NCBI RefSeq assembly: GCF_009827135.1
Contig: NZ_CP046534.1
Span: 450,001 to 482,000, forward strand
From: Blochmannia endosymbiont of Camponotus nipponensis
GTDB lineage: Bacteria > Pseudomonadota > Gammaproteobacteria > Enterobacterales > Enterobacteriaceae
DNA: 32,000 bases
Direction: 5' to 3'
The notes under the pieces were generated by a model that worked only from the letters and a program-made list of their open reading frames with translations, had not been told where the DNA came from and made no database searches. Below are positions 9,517 through 18,744 of this stretch, piece by piece; the first letter of the stretch is position 1, and each line of letters begins with the position of its first letter. Position numbers and translations under genes: made by a program.

Positions 9517-9563
9517 AAATGTTTTATGTGTATTCATTTATAGAATAGTGCGGGAGGTGAAAC

Positions 9564-10457
9564 ATGAGTATGTTTCATGCCACTCAACAGAAAGTATTAA
9601 ATCAATATTTAGCTGAGTTACAAGGAGATATTAATGTTTCATTTGAATTTTTTCCTCCACGTAGTGACGGAATGGAAAAAATATTATGGGAAACTATAAA
9701 TAAGTTAAGTACATTGAATCCTATTTTTGTTTCTGTAACATATAGTGCTAATTCTGGAACGCGAAATTATACTGACAAAATCACTAAAGAAATAAAAAAA
9801 CGTACTGGGTTAATAGTAGCACCTCATTTAACGTGTATTAATGAAACTCCTCAAGCATTACAAATGATTGCTCAAGAATATTGGAATAATGGTATTCATA
9901 ATATTGTTGCATTGCGAGGGGATAAAATAAAAAAAAATCATCAATCATCTATGTATGCTGCAGATTTAGTATGTTTATTAAAAAAAATTGGAAATTTTGA
10001 TATTTCAGTGGCTGCGTATCCAGAAGTACATCCAGAAGCAAAGAACGCACAATCAGATTTAATTAACTTAAAAAAAAAAATAGATGCTGGTGCTAGTCGA
10101 GCAATCACTCAATTTTTTTTTGATGTAGAACAATATTTAAGATTTAGAGATCTTTGCGTCTCTGTTGGAATTAATACAGAAATTATTCCTGGAATATTAC
10201 CTATTTTTGATTTTCGTCAATTACAACATTTTGTTACTTTTACTAAAGTGAAGATACCAGATTGGATGTATGTAATTTTTCATGGTTTAGATCATGATGT
10301 AGACACACAGAAAATGCTTGGAACATTTGTGGCAATAGACATGATTAGAATTCTTATTAAGGAAGGAGTAAGAAATTTTCATTTCTATACTCTTAACAGA
10401 TCAGATTTAACATATGCAATATGTCACACTTTAGGGACAAAAAATAAAAATGCATAA
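9564..10457 (+). CDS. metF: 5,10-methylenetetrahydrofolate reductase
   Basis: The 297-aa ORF is colinear with E. coli MetF (INVSFEFFPPR, FVSVTY.ANSG, APHLTC, IVALRGD, FDISVAAYPEVHPEA, AITQFFFDVE.YLRFRD, FHFYTLNR). A strong Shine-Dalgarno sequence GGGAGGTGA (9552-9560) precedes it. Confidence 0.96.
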   Translation: MSMFHATQQKVLNQYLAELQGDINVSFEFFPPRSDGMEKILWETINKLSTLNPIFVSVTYSANSGTRNYTDKITKEIKKRTGLIVAPHLTCINETPQALQMIAQEYWNNGIHNIVALRGDKIKKNHQSSMYAADLVCLLKKIGNFDISVAAYPEVHPEAKNAQSDLINLKKKIDAGASRAITQFFFDVEQYLRFRDLCVSVGINTEIIPGILPIFDFRQLQHFVTFTKVKIPDWMYVIFHGLDHDVDTQKMLGTFVAIDMIRILIKEGVRNFHFYTLNRSDLTYAICHTLGTKNKNA

Positions 10458-10885
10458 CGTAATTAATTTATGAATGATATTTTTATAACTAATTAAACAA
10501 TTATAAACTACTTTTCTTTTGCGATTAGTTATAATTAAACATGATGTCTTAATAAGTATCTTAATATAGATCTATTTTTTATGTGTACCGAAAGATATGT
10601 ATGTTTTATGTTTTTTTATATAAATAATACATATTGCATTAACGATAATTATTAATTATTATACGATCTATATATTATAGTATCTGTATAATTATAAATA
10701 AAGACGCAAGAACATTAGTTGTGTACAATGTTTGTATGAAAATGTAGATATAACGTTCAATATAGCATTTTTTATATAAGATAATGACTTATTTAAGAAA
10801 AGATATATATATTCTTTCTGTTATGGAGAGAAGTTACAAGTAACCTCGTATTTTATGTGTTGTATATTTGACCATACTAGTTTAT

Positions 10886-11758
10886 ATGTATGGGGTACAA
10901 AGTAAATATTTAATAAAATATATGACTTATTTTTTTAAAAATATATACAAACAACCAATAATTTTAATATTAGATTCTGGAGTAGGTGGTTTATCTATTT
11001 ATACCGCGATACGAAAAATGTTGCCATATGTATGCTATATATATTTTTTGGATAATCAGGCTTTTCCATATGGTGAACATTCAGAAACATTTATTATCAA
11101 TCGTGTAATCTCTATTATTAAAGTTGTGCAAAGTCGACATCAATTAGATCTTATAATTATTGGTTGTAACACTGCTAGTGTGGTTGCATTAAAAATATTA
11201 CAGAATTATTTTATATGTCCTGTTGTTGGAGTCATACCTGCAATTAAATTAGCATCTAAATTAACAAGAAACGGCATTATTGGAGTATTAGCAACACACC
11301 GTACCGTAAATCATAGTTATACTTGGAGTCTTATAAAACGTTTTGCAAATAAATATAAAGTTATGTTATTGGGCACATCTGAATTAGTAAATTTGGCTGA
11401 GTCTAAAATGTACGGTAAAAAAATGCCGATATCAATATTTCGTGATATTCTTAATCCTTGGTTAGAGATGAAACAACTTCCTGATGCTATAGTGCTTGGA
11501 TGTACTCATTTTTCTTTATTGAAAAAAGAATTAATTTCGGTATTATCTTCAAATAGTTATTTAATAGATTCTAGGCGTTCGGTTGCTAAGCATAGCTTAC
11601 GTTTACTACGTAAGAATATTAATGATCCTATAAATAATTCTTATTCTTTTAGAACAAATAAAGTTTATTGTTCTATGAGTACTACAGAAGTTATCAAATT
11701 AAAATCTATATTATCATCCCATTATGATTTTTTTTCTTTAGAAGTACTATCGGTATAA
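10886..11758 (+). CDS. murI: Glutamate racemase
   Basis: The ORF is colinear with E. coli MurI (LDSGVGGLS.Y, FPYGE.SE.FI, GCNTAS, VVGVIPAIK, GCTHFSLL). The start is ambiguous: TTG 10868 gives the longest ORF, ATG 10886 is the first ATG, and ATG 10922 is also possible. None has a clear Shine-Dalgarno sequence. Confidence 0.9.
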   Translation: MYGVQSKYLIKYMTYFFKNIYKQPIILILDSGVGGLSIYTAIRKMLPYVCYIYFLDNQAFPYGEHSETFIINRVISIIKVVQSRHQLDLIIIGCNTASVVALKILQNYFICPVVGVIPAIKLASKLTRNGIIGVLATHRTVNHSYTWSLIKRFANKYKVMLLGTSELVNLAESKMYGKKMPISIFRDILNPWLEMKQLPDAIVLGCTHFSLLKKELISVLSSNSYLIDSRRSVAKHSLRLLRKNINDPINNSYSFRTNKVYCSMSTTEVIKLKSILSSHYDFFSLEVLSV

Positions 11759-12192
11759 ATTTTATATATATATTTGTTAGTGTTAGAATAAAAATCTAAA
11801 ACTTTAATTGTTATGTATTAAAAATACAGAATATTTATGCTATATATCAATATATAATAATGATTTTTTATTGTTAGATTATTTCATCAGGTTTTATTTA
11901 AATGTAGATATTTTTTTAAATCTAAAACATATATATGTATATATATAAATATTTTAATTTAATTCAACACTATTGAAGTGCGCTTACAGATTTAATTTAA
12001 ACTATAAATTGATTTTTTTTAATTAAAAAATAATTATTTAATTAACGACGGTAATATTATTCCAATTTTACTGGGTATTTAATTAATAATATATGGGATG
12101 GATAATATTTTATATGATAGAAAAATTAAAAAATCTTATTGAAAATGGATTTCATTATAGATAATTAAACCTTGTGATTATTTTATTTTAAT

Positions 12193-12221
12193 TTGCATGT
12201 TTATTCGAAAATTGTTACAAT
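12193..12221 (+). promoter_or_regulatory. Candidate sigma70 promoter for tRNA-Ala (TTGCAT-17 nt-TACAAT)
   Basis: The -35 TTGCAT is at 12193-12198, the spacer is 17 nt, and the -10 TACAAT is at 12216-12221, ending 15 nt before the mature tRNA 5' end (12237). AT-rich DNA produces many false -10 hexamers, but the -35 and the spacing are good here. Confidence 0.5.
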
Positions 12222-12236
12222 GTGACTAATCGATGC

Positions 12237-12309
12237 GGGGCTATAGCTCAACTGGGAGAGCATCTGTTTTGCACGCAGAAGGTTAGCGGTTCGATTCCGC
12301 TTAGCTCCA
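12237..12309 (+). tRNA. tRNA-Ala (anticodon UGC)
   Basis: I folded a 73-nt cloverleaf by hand: acceptor GGGGCTA/TAGCTCC with the G3:U70 alanine identity pair, anticodon loop TTTGCAC, T-loop TTCGATT. It is near-identical to E. coli tRNA-Ala(UGC). No CCA is encoded (next nt TTG). Confidence 0.95.
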
Positions 12310-12462
12310 TTGTCAATATGATTATTCATTTGTTGATAATTTGAAATTAATCGTTGAACAGCAGTGTATTGTATAAAAAAATAAAAAAATTGTATATAGA
12401 ATGATTAATAAATTTTAAACATGCTGAGTAGTGATTATGATTATCGTATAATTATTGGTAAT

Positions 12463-12536
12463 GGTGCGGTAGTTCAGATGGTTAGAACATCGGCCTGTCA
12501 CGCCGGGGGTCACGGGTTCAAATCCCGTCCGCACCG
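12463..12536 (+). tRNA. aspT: tRNA-Asp (anticodon GUC)
   Basis: The 74-nt cloverleaf has acceptor GGTGCGG/CCGCACC and anticodon loop CTGTCAC. It is colinear with E. coli tRNA-Asp. No CCA is encoded (next nt CAC). Confidence 0.95.
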
Positions 12537-12557
12537 CACTGTATCATTGTGAATGCA

Positions 12558-12631
12558 AGGGGTGTAGTTCAAACAGGTAGAACGTCGGTCTCCAAAACCG
12601 GGTGTTAGGAGTTCAAGTCTCTTCACCCCTG
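12558..12631 (+). tRNA. trpT: tRNA-Trp (anticodon CCA)
   Basis: The 74-nt cloverleaf has acceptor AGGGGTG/CACCCCT and anticodon loop CTCCAAA. It is colinear with E. coli tRNA-Trp and lies 21 nt after tRNA-Asp, as in the E. coli aspT-trpT pair. No CCA is encoded (next nt TAA). Confidence 0.95.
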
Positions 12632-13930
12632 TAAACTATAAAAGACTACAATATATAAAACGCATATCAAGGGTCTTGTAAATGATATAATGAGCTATTA
12701 CATTATATAATCTGTAAAAATACACAATGTGATACACTTATTTTTATTTTTGTATTTTTCAATAGAAATTTAGTAACATTTTAATATTATGTTAGGTGAG
12801 TGTGTTTAATTTTTCAAAATATGACATATATGATTATTTATGTAATTCACTTGTTTAATTCAGTGTTTTATAAATTTTTTATTTTATTCATAATATGTTT
12901 AATTAGTAACTAAATTGTATAAGTTGTGTGTATCTTGTTTATATTTTATACATTTGGAAAATTATTATTAGGTATGGTTTAACATAATAAATTATTTATG
13001 TAGATTAAAGTTTCAAGTATTAAAAAAATTATAGTTACATCCAAGATTTAAATCCTATTTATTTAAATAAATAGGATTATTATTTAATTTTTTTGATGAT
13101 ATAAATGTTATTAGTATATGTGATAAGTGTAGTTATTACAATAATAGAGCATTAATAAAGATCAAATTAGATAATAATTATGAATCCACAATTATACACG
13201 ATATTATTTTATTAGTAAAATGATTGCTAAATATCGATATATATATAACACATATAAAATATAATTCAATATACCATATACTTAAGAAAGACATATACTA
13301 TATAACAGAAAAAGCATTTACTAAAAAGTATTTAAATAAAATAAAGTTTTTTTATTTTATTAATATTGTGAATATTTAATATTTGCCTTTTTATTAGTGT
13401 CATTGTACACTGGTTTTATTGTTCAATGAATTCAATAACCTAACGAATAATATTAACAATAATAATATTACATATTTATAATTAAAAACGTAGAAATCAT
13501 TTTTTTATAACATTATTGTTAATTTTTAATAAAACATATAAAAAAATAGATTTTTTTTGCTGATTTGATTATTAAAAATAATATAATATGCAGTATATAA
13601 AGTAAATGTATTTATAAGACAAACAACGTGTTTTTTTAAATCAGAAAATTATTATATTTATTTTTTAGAAGTAAAATTATTTTTTAAAATTAATATGTAA
13701 TACAAGGCGTATATTTATATTGCAGATATGGGTGTGAATAATTATTTTATTAAAATAAAAATTATTTTAATATTCTGTCTACAACATTTTATAAAAATTT
13801 TAATTCATTTGAATCTAATAAACAATATGTAATTTCTACATATTTATAATGGATTAAAAATAGATTTATTTATATGAATAGCTTGATTAAACCATTGTTT
13901 CATTTATAAAAATCACACGAGGAAATAAGT
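12632..13930. other. 1.3-kb gene-free AT-rich spacer between tRNA-Trp and ilvG
   Basis: There is no ORF of 60 aa or more on either strand. In E. coli this interval holds hdfR, yifE, comM and the ilvL leader. Confidence 0.6.
13051..13078. repeat. 28-bp perfect palindrome
   Basis: AATCCTATTTATTT (13051-13064) is the exact reverse complement of AAATAAATAGGATT (13065-13078). A run of 7 T lies at 13088-13094, 9 nt downstream. Confidence 0.8.
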
Positions 13931-15571
13931 ATGAACGGAGCTCAGTGGATAATAAAAGCACTGAGAGAAAAAGGTGTAGATATTATTTTTGGTTATCCAG
14001 GTGGCGCTATTATGCCAATATATGATGCATTGTTTGATTCTGAAGTAGAGCATTTATTGTGTAGACATGAACAAGGAGCAATTATATCTGCCATAGGATA
14101 TGCTAGGGCCACTGGAAAAGTTGGTGTATGTTTTGCGACTTCTGGTCCAGGAGCTACTAATCTTATCACTGGTTTGGCTGATGCGTTATTAGATTCTGTC
14201 CCTATAGTAGCTATTACTGGTCAGGTAGGATTAGAAATGATTGGTACGGATGCATTTCAAGAAATAGATGTATTGGGACTATCTTTAGCGTGCACTAAAC
14301 ATAGTTTTTTAGTGCATTCATTAAATATGTTACCTAAGATTATTGATGAAGCATTTTTTATTGCTTCTGAAGGAAGACCAGGTCCAGTGCTAATAGATGT
14401 ACCTAAAGATATTCAATTATCCACTGAAAAATTGACATTGAACTATTGTGCGAACAAAAAACATATTTGTAATATTGAAGGTGATATAGAAAAAGCTCGT
14501 GTGCTAATACTTCAAGCACATCAACCTATACTTTATGTAGGGGGAGGCGTGGGCATGGCTGGAGCAGTGACCGCATTACGTACATTCATTTCTAAGACAA
14601 AAATACCTACTGTAGTAACATTAAAGGGACTCGGTGCCCCGGATTATACAGAAGATTGTTATTTAGGAATGTTAGGAATGCATGGTAATCAAGCAGCTAA
14701 TTTAGCAGTACAAAAATGTGATTTATTAATTGCAATCGGTGCTCGATTTGATGATCGAGTAACTGGACGATTACATACTTTTGCTCCACAAGCAAAAATA
14801 ATTCATTTGGATATTGATCCTTCAGAATTCGGTAAATTACGCTTGGCTCATGTTTCTTTGTTGGGAAATTTAAATGATTTGCTATCTAAATTGACACAAT
14901 CTTTGTCTATTGATGCATGGAGGAAAAAAGTAATATCTTTAAAATTAAAGTATCGTTGGGTTTATCCATCATCTAATGACAAAATTTACGCACCAACTTT
15001 ATTAAGAGAAATTAGTGAAAATGCTCCTTATGATACTGTGGTTACAACAGATGTTGGGCAACATCAAATGTGGGCTGCTCAACATATGCAATTTACTCGT
15101 CCAGAGAATTTTATTACTTCTGGAGGGCTTGGAACTATGGGATTTGGCACACCAGCAGCTATTGGAGCACAAATTGGTCGACCTAAGCATATGGTGATAT
15201 GTATTTCTGGCGATGGCTCATTTATGATGAACGTACAAGAACTAGCTACTATAAAGCGCAGGAATTTACCTATTAAGATCGTTTTGTTAGATAATCAACG
15301 TTTGGGGATGGTACGTCAATGGCAACAATTATTTTTTAATAAACGTTATAGTGAAACTATATTGACAGATAACCCTGATTTTATTGTTTTGGCTAAAGCA
15401 TTTGATATCCATGGAATATGTATTGCTCATAGAGCTCAAATGCTAGATGCAATTAATCTGTTATTTACGCATACAGGGCCTTTTTTACTACATGTACTGA
15501 TTAATGCACAAGAAAATGTTTGGCCGTTAGTACCACCGGGTGCTTCAAATGATGCTATGTTGGAGCAGTAA
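13931..15571 (+). CDS. ilvG: Acetolactate synthase II (acetohydroxyacid synthase), large subunit, intact
   Basis: The 546-aa ORF is colinear with E. coli IlvG ([114 protein letters not shown]). A GAGGA Shine-Dalgarno sequence lies at 13919-13923. Confidence 0.97.
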   Translation: MNGAQWIIKALREKGVDIIFGYPGGAIMPIYDALFDSEVEHLLCRHEQGAIISAIGYARATGKVGVCFATSGPGATNLITGLADALLDSVPIVAITGQVGLEMIGTDAFQEIDVLGLSLACTKHSFLVHSLNMLPKIIDEAFFIASEGRPGPVLIDVPKDIQLSTEKLTLNYCANKKHICNIEGDIEKARVLILQAHQPILYVGGGVGMAGAVTALRTFISKTKIPTVVTLKGLGAPDYTEDCYLGMLGMHGNQAANLAVQKCDLLIAIGARFDDRVTGRLHTFAPQAKIIHLDIDPSEFGKLRLAHVSLLGNLNDLLSKLTQSLSIDAWRKKVISLKLKYRWVYPSSNDKIYAPTLLREISENAPYDTVVTTDVGQHQMWAAQHMQFTRPENFITSGGLGTMGFGTPAAIGAQIGRPKHMVICISGDGSFMMNVQELATIKRRNLPIKIVLLDNQRLGMVRQWQQLFFNKRYSETILTDNPDFIVLAKAFDIHGICIAHRAQMLDAINLLFTHTGPFLLHVLINAQENVWPLVPPGASNDAMLEQ

Positions 15572-15572
15572 T

Positions 15573-15812
15573 ATGATGACTTATTATTCTTTATGCATCA
15601 AAGCTAGATTTTGCCCAGAGGTACTTGAACGTATTCTCCGAGTTATTCGTCATCGCGGTTTTGAGTTACATACATTAAATATGTTGTCGTATGATAAATT
15701 AAATAACAAGAAAATAAATATTTTTTTGACTGTTTCTAGTAATAAAGCAATATATTTATTATCTACTCAATTAAATAAACTGATGGATGTGTATTGTATT
15801 GAAATTAAATAG
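15573..15812 (+). CDS. ilvM: Acetolactate synthase II, small subunit
   Basis: MMTYYSLCIKARFCPEVLERILRVIRHRGFELHTLNM... matches E. coli IlvM (ARFNPETLERVLRVVRHRGF...QLNKLVDV). ATG 15573 lies 1 nt after the ilvG stop (TAATATG). The GTG-15540 ORF extension overlaps ilvG and is not needed. Confidence 0.88.
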   Translation: MMTYYSLCIKARFCPEVLERILRVIRHRGFELHTLNMLSYDKLNNKKINIFLTVSSNKAIYLLSTQLNKLMDVYCIEIK

Positions 15813-15868
15813 TTTAACATTATAGATTAATTTATATTTTCTTAGACTATTTCTCGAGGCGAGATCAG

Positions 15869-16801
15869 ATGAATACAGCAAATTTTATTTGGTTGAACGG
15901 AGATGTTATACCATGGAAGGAAGCTACAGTGCATGTAATGTCGCATTCTTTGCATTACGGATCGTCAATATTTGAAGGCATGAGATGTTATAATTCTTAT
16001 AAAGGTCCGGTGATATTTCGTCATCGCGCACATATACAAAGATTATGTAACTCTGCAAAAATGTATCGTATGCCTATTTCCTGGAGTATTGATGATTTAA
16101 TGCATGCTTGTAGAGTTGTTATTTGTAATAATAATTTAATCGATGCATATATTCGGCCTATAGTGTTTATTGGAAATGTAGGATTACAAATTAATCCAAC
16201 TCCTGGATATACAACTGATGTTGCTATAGCGGCTTTTTCTTGGTCGTCTTATTTAGGAAAGGATGCTTTAAAAAAAGGAATCGACATTATGGTATCTTCT
16301 TGGAATAGGATTCCGGCAAATACCCTTTTAAGCTCAGCTAAAGCCGGAGGGAACTATTTATCATCCATGTTAATTAGTAATGAAGCCCATCGGCATGGCT
16401 ATCAGGAAGGAATAGGATTAGACATATACGGTTATATTTCTGAAGGTGCTGGTGAAAATTTATTTGAGGTTAAGAATAACATTATTTTAACGCCACCATG
16501 TGCTTCTTCTATTTTACCTGGAATCACACGTGATGCTATTATTAAATTAGCATCAAACATTGGTTTAGAAGTGCAGGAGCAAATTTTATCTCGTGAATCT
16601 TTGTATGTAGCTGATGAAATATTTATGTCTGGTACTGCTGCTGAAATTACCCCAGTACGTAGTGTAGATGGAATTCAAGTGGGTACTGGTACATGTGGAC
16701 CTGTTACTAAAAAATTACAGTGTTTGTTTTTTGATTTATTTACTGGGGTCACTGTAGATCAATGGGATTGGCTGGATCCAGTTTACAAAAATATTGATTA
16801 A
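15869..16801 (+). CDS. ilvE: Branched-chain-amino-acid aminotransferase
   Basis: The 310-aa ORF is colinear with E. coli IlvE (HVMSHSLHYG.S.FEG.RCY, VFRHR.H.QRL, KAGGNYLSS, GYISEGAGENLFEVK, LPGITRDAIIKLA, FMSGTAAEITPVRSVDGIQVG). Confidence 0.96.
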   Translation: MNTANFIWLNGDVIPWKEATVHVMSHSLHYGSSIFEGMRCYNSYKGPVIFRHRAHIQRLCNSAKMYRMPISWSIDDLMHACRVVICNNNLIDAYIRPIVFIGNVGLQINPTPGYTTDVAIAAFSWSSYLGKDALKKGIDIMVSSWNRIPANTLLSSAKAGGNYLSSMLISNEAHRHGYQEGIGLDIYGYISEGAGENLFEVKNNIILTPPCASSILPGITRDAIIKLASNIGLEVQEQILSRESLYVADEIFMSGTAAEITPVRSVDGIQVGTGTCGPVTKKLQCLFFDLFTGVTVDQWDWLDPVYKNID

Positions 16802-16883
16802 TATTACGCATTTTAATTCTTAAAGAATCGAACATTCGATATAACATATATAATAATAGAATACTGGATGGAGGAGTTTAAAT

Positions 16884-18734
16884 ATGCCTCAATATCGTTC
16901 TACTACTACTACACGTGGTCGTAATATGGCTGGGGCTCGAGCATTATGGCGTGCTACAGGTATGACTACTGAAGATTTTGATAAAATGATTATTGCTGTG
17001 GTTAATTCATTTACTCAATTTGTTCCTGGTCATATACATTTACGAAATGTAGGTACATTGGTCGCTGAACAAATTAATGTTCATGGAGGAGTTGCGAAAG
17101 AATTTAATACTATTGCAATAGATGATGGTATCGCCATGGGCCATAGTGGTATGCTATATTCATTGCCATCTAGGGATCTTATTGCTGATTCCGTAGAGTA
17201 TATGATTAATGCTCATTGTGTTGATGCTATGGTATGTATTTCTAATTGCGATAAAATAACACCTGGAATGTTAATGGCAGCATTACGCTTAAATATTCCA
17301 GCTATCTTTATATCCGGTGGCCCAATGGAATCTGGAACAATAATGTTATCTAATCAAAATGTTAAATTAAATCTAGTTGATGCAATTATTTCTTCCGAAA
17401 ATCCTAATATATCTGATGTTGATAAAGAAAATATTGAAAAATCAGCGTGTCCTACATGTGGATCCTGTTCAGGAATGTTTACTGCAAATTCTATGAATTG
17501 TTTAACTGAAGCGTTAGGATTAGCTCAACCGGGTAATGGGTCGTTGTTGGCTACTCATGGTGATCGTAAAAAATTATTTTTAAATGCCGGTAAATATATT
17601 GTGTATTTGGCTAAATCTTATTATGAAGAGAATAATTTTTCTATTTTACCGCGTAATATAGCTAATAAATTTGCTTTTGAAAATGCAATGATGTTAGATA
17701 TTGCAATGGGTGGTTCTACTAATACTGTATTGCATTTACTGGCAGCTGCTCAGGAAGGAAAGATAGATTTTACTATGGAAGATATTGATAGATTATCTCG
17801 AAAAGTACCACATTTGTGTAAGGTAGCTCCAAATACTAAAAGATATCATATGGAAGATTTTCATCGCGCTGGGGGAGTAATGGGTGTGCTTGGGGAACTA
17901 TATCGTTGTGGTTTATTACATGGCAATACACGTAACGTGTTAAATCAATCTTTATTAGAAACGTTGTCACACTATGATATTATTTCATGCGATAATTTAG
18001 AATCAAAAAATATGTATTCTGCAGCTCCAGCAGGAATACGCACTGTACAGGCATTTACTCAGAACAACAGATGGATATCATTAGATGTAGATCGATGTTC
18101 TGGTTGTATTCGTTCTCGTGAATACGCATATAGTCAAGATGGGGGATTAGCGGTTTTGTACGGAAATCTTGCTATAGATGGTTGTCTTGTAAAAACAGCC
18201 GGAGTACACTTAAACCTTCAAAAATTTAGCGGACCGGCTAAAGTTTATGAGAGTCAAGAAGAATCTGTTCAAGCAATTTTAACAGGAAATGTACGTCCTG
18301 GAGACATCATTGTCATTCGATATGAAGGCCCAAAAGGTGGACCAGGTATGCAAGAAATGCTGTATCCAACATCTTTTCTAAAATCTGTGAGTTTGGAGTT
18401 ATGTTGTGCTTTAATTACAGATGGTAGATTTTCAGGGGGGACATCAGGGTTATCTATTGGTCATATATCTCCTGAAGCCGCTAATAAAGGATTGATAGGA
18501 TTAGTACATGATGGAGATATAATTAATATTGATATTAATGCACGTAGTATTATCTTAGAAGTATCTGAACATATACTGAAAATAAGGTATGCAGCAGAAG
18601 TTGCTCGAGGCACTAAAGCATGGACCCCAAAAAATAGAAATAGAAACGTATCCACTTCTTTGAAAGCATATGCGCATTTGGTAACAAGTGCAGATAAGGG
18701 AGCAGTTCGTGATATATCTAAATTATTAGGGTAA
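16884..18734 (+). CDS. ilvD: Dihydroxy-acid dehydratase
   Basis: The 616-aa ORF has the same length as E. coli IlvD ([98 protein letters not shown]). A GGAGGA Shine-Dalgarno sequence lies upstream. Confidence 0.97.
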   Translation: MPQYRSTTTTRGRNMAGARALWRATGMTTEDFDKMIIAVVNSFTQFVPGHIHLRNVGTLVAEQINVHGGVAKEFNTIAIDDGIAMGHSGMLYSLPSRDLIADSVEYMINAHCVDAMVCISNCDKITPGMLMAALRLNIPAIFISGGPMESGTIMLSNQNVKLNLVDAIISSENPNISDVDKENIEKSACPTCGSCSGMFTANSMNCLTEALGLAQPGNGSLLATHGDRKKLFLNAGKYIVYLAKSYYEENNFSILPRNIANKFAFENAMMLDIAMGGSTNTVLHLLAAAQEGKIDFTMEDIDRLSRKVPHLCKVAPNTKRYHMEDFHRAGGVMGVLGELYRCGLLHGNTRNVLNQSLLETLSHYDIISCDNLESKNMYSAAPAGIRTVQAFTQNNRWISLDVDRCSGCIRSREYAYSQDGGLAVLYGNLAIDGCLVKTAGVHLNLQKFSGPAKVYESQEESVQAILTGNVRPGDIIVIRYEGPKGGPGMQEMLYPTSFLKSVSLELCCALITDGRFSGGTSGLSIGHISPEAANKGLIGLVHDGDIINIDINARSIILEVSEHILKIRYAAEVARGTKAWTPKNRNRNVSTSLKAYAHLVTSADKGAVRDISKLLG

Positions 18735-18744
18735 TATATACTAG

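Noticed and set aside
12013-12030. T8-AATT-A6 palindrome, and the tandem ATATCATTT x2 at 2572-2589
   Set aside because: These are low-complexity homopolymer or short-repeat sequences of a kind expected frequently at this base composition.
13874-13909. 11-codon ORF (MNSLIKPLFHL) just upstream of ilvG as a possible ilvL-like leader peptide
   Set aside because: It has no run of Ile/Val/Leu regulatory codons, no Shine-Dalgarno sequence, and no terminator/antiterminator hairpins between it and ilvG. Short ORFs like this are expected by chance.
15540-15572. GTG-initiated N-terminal extension of ilvM overlapping the end of ilvG
   Set aside because: Similarity to E. coli IlvM begins at the ATG at 15573, right after the ilvG stop. 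The extra 11 codons have no counterpart.
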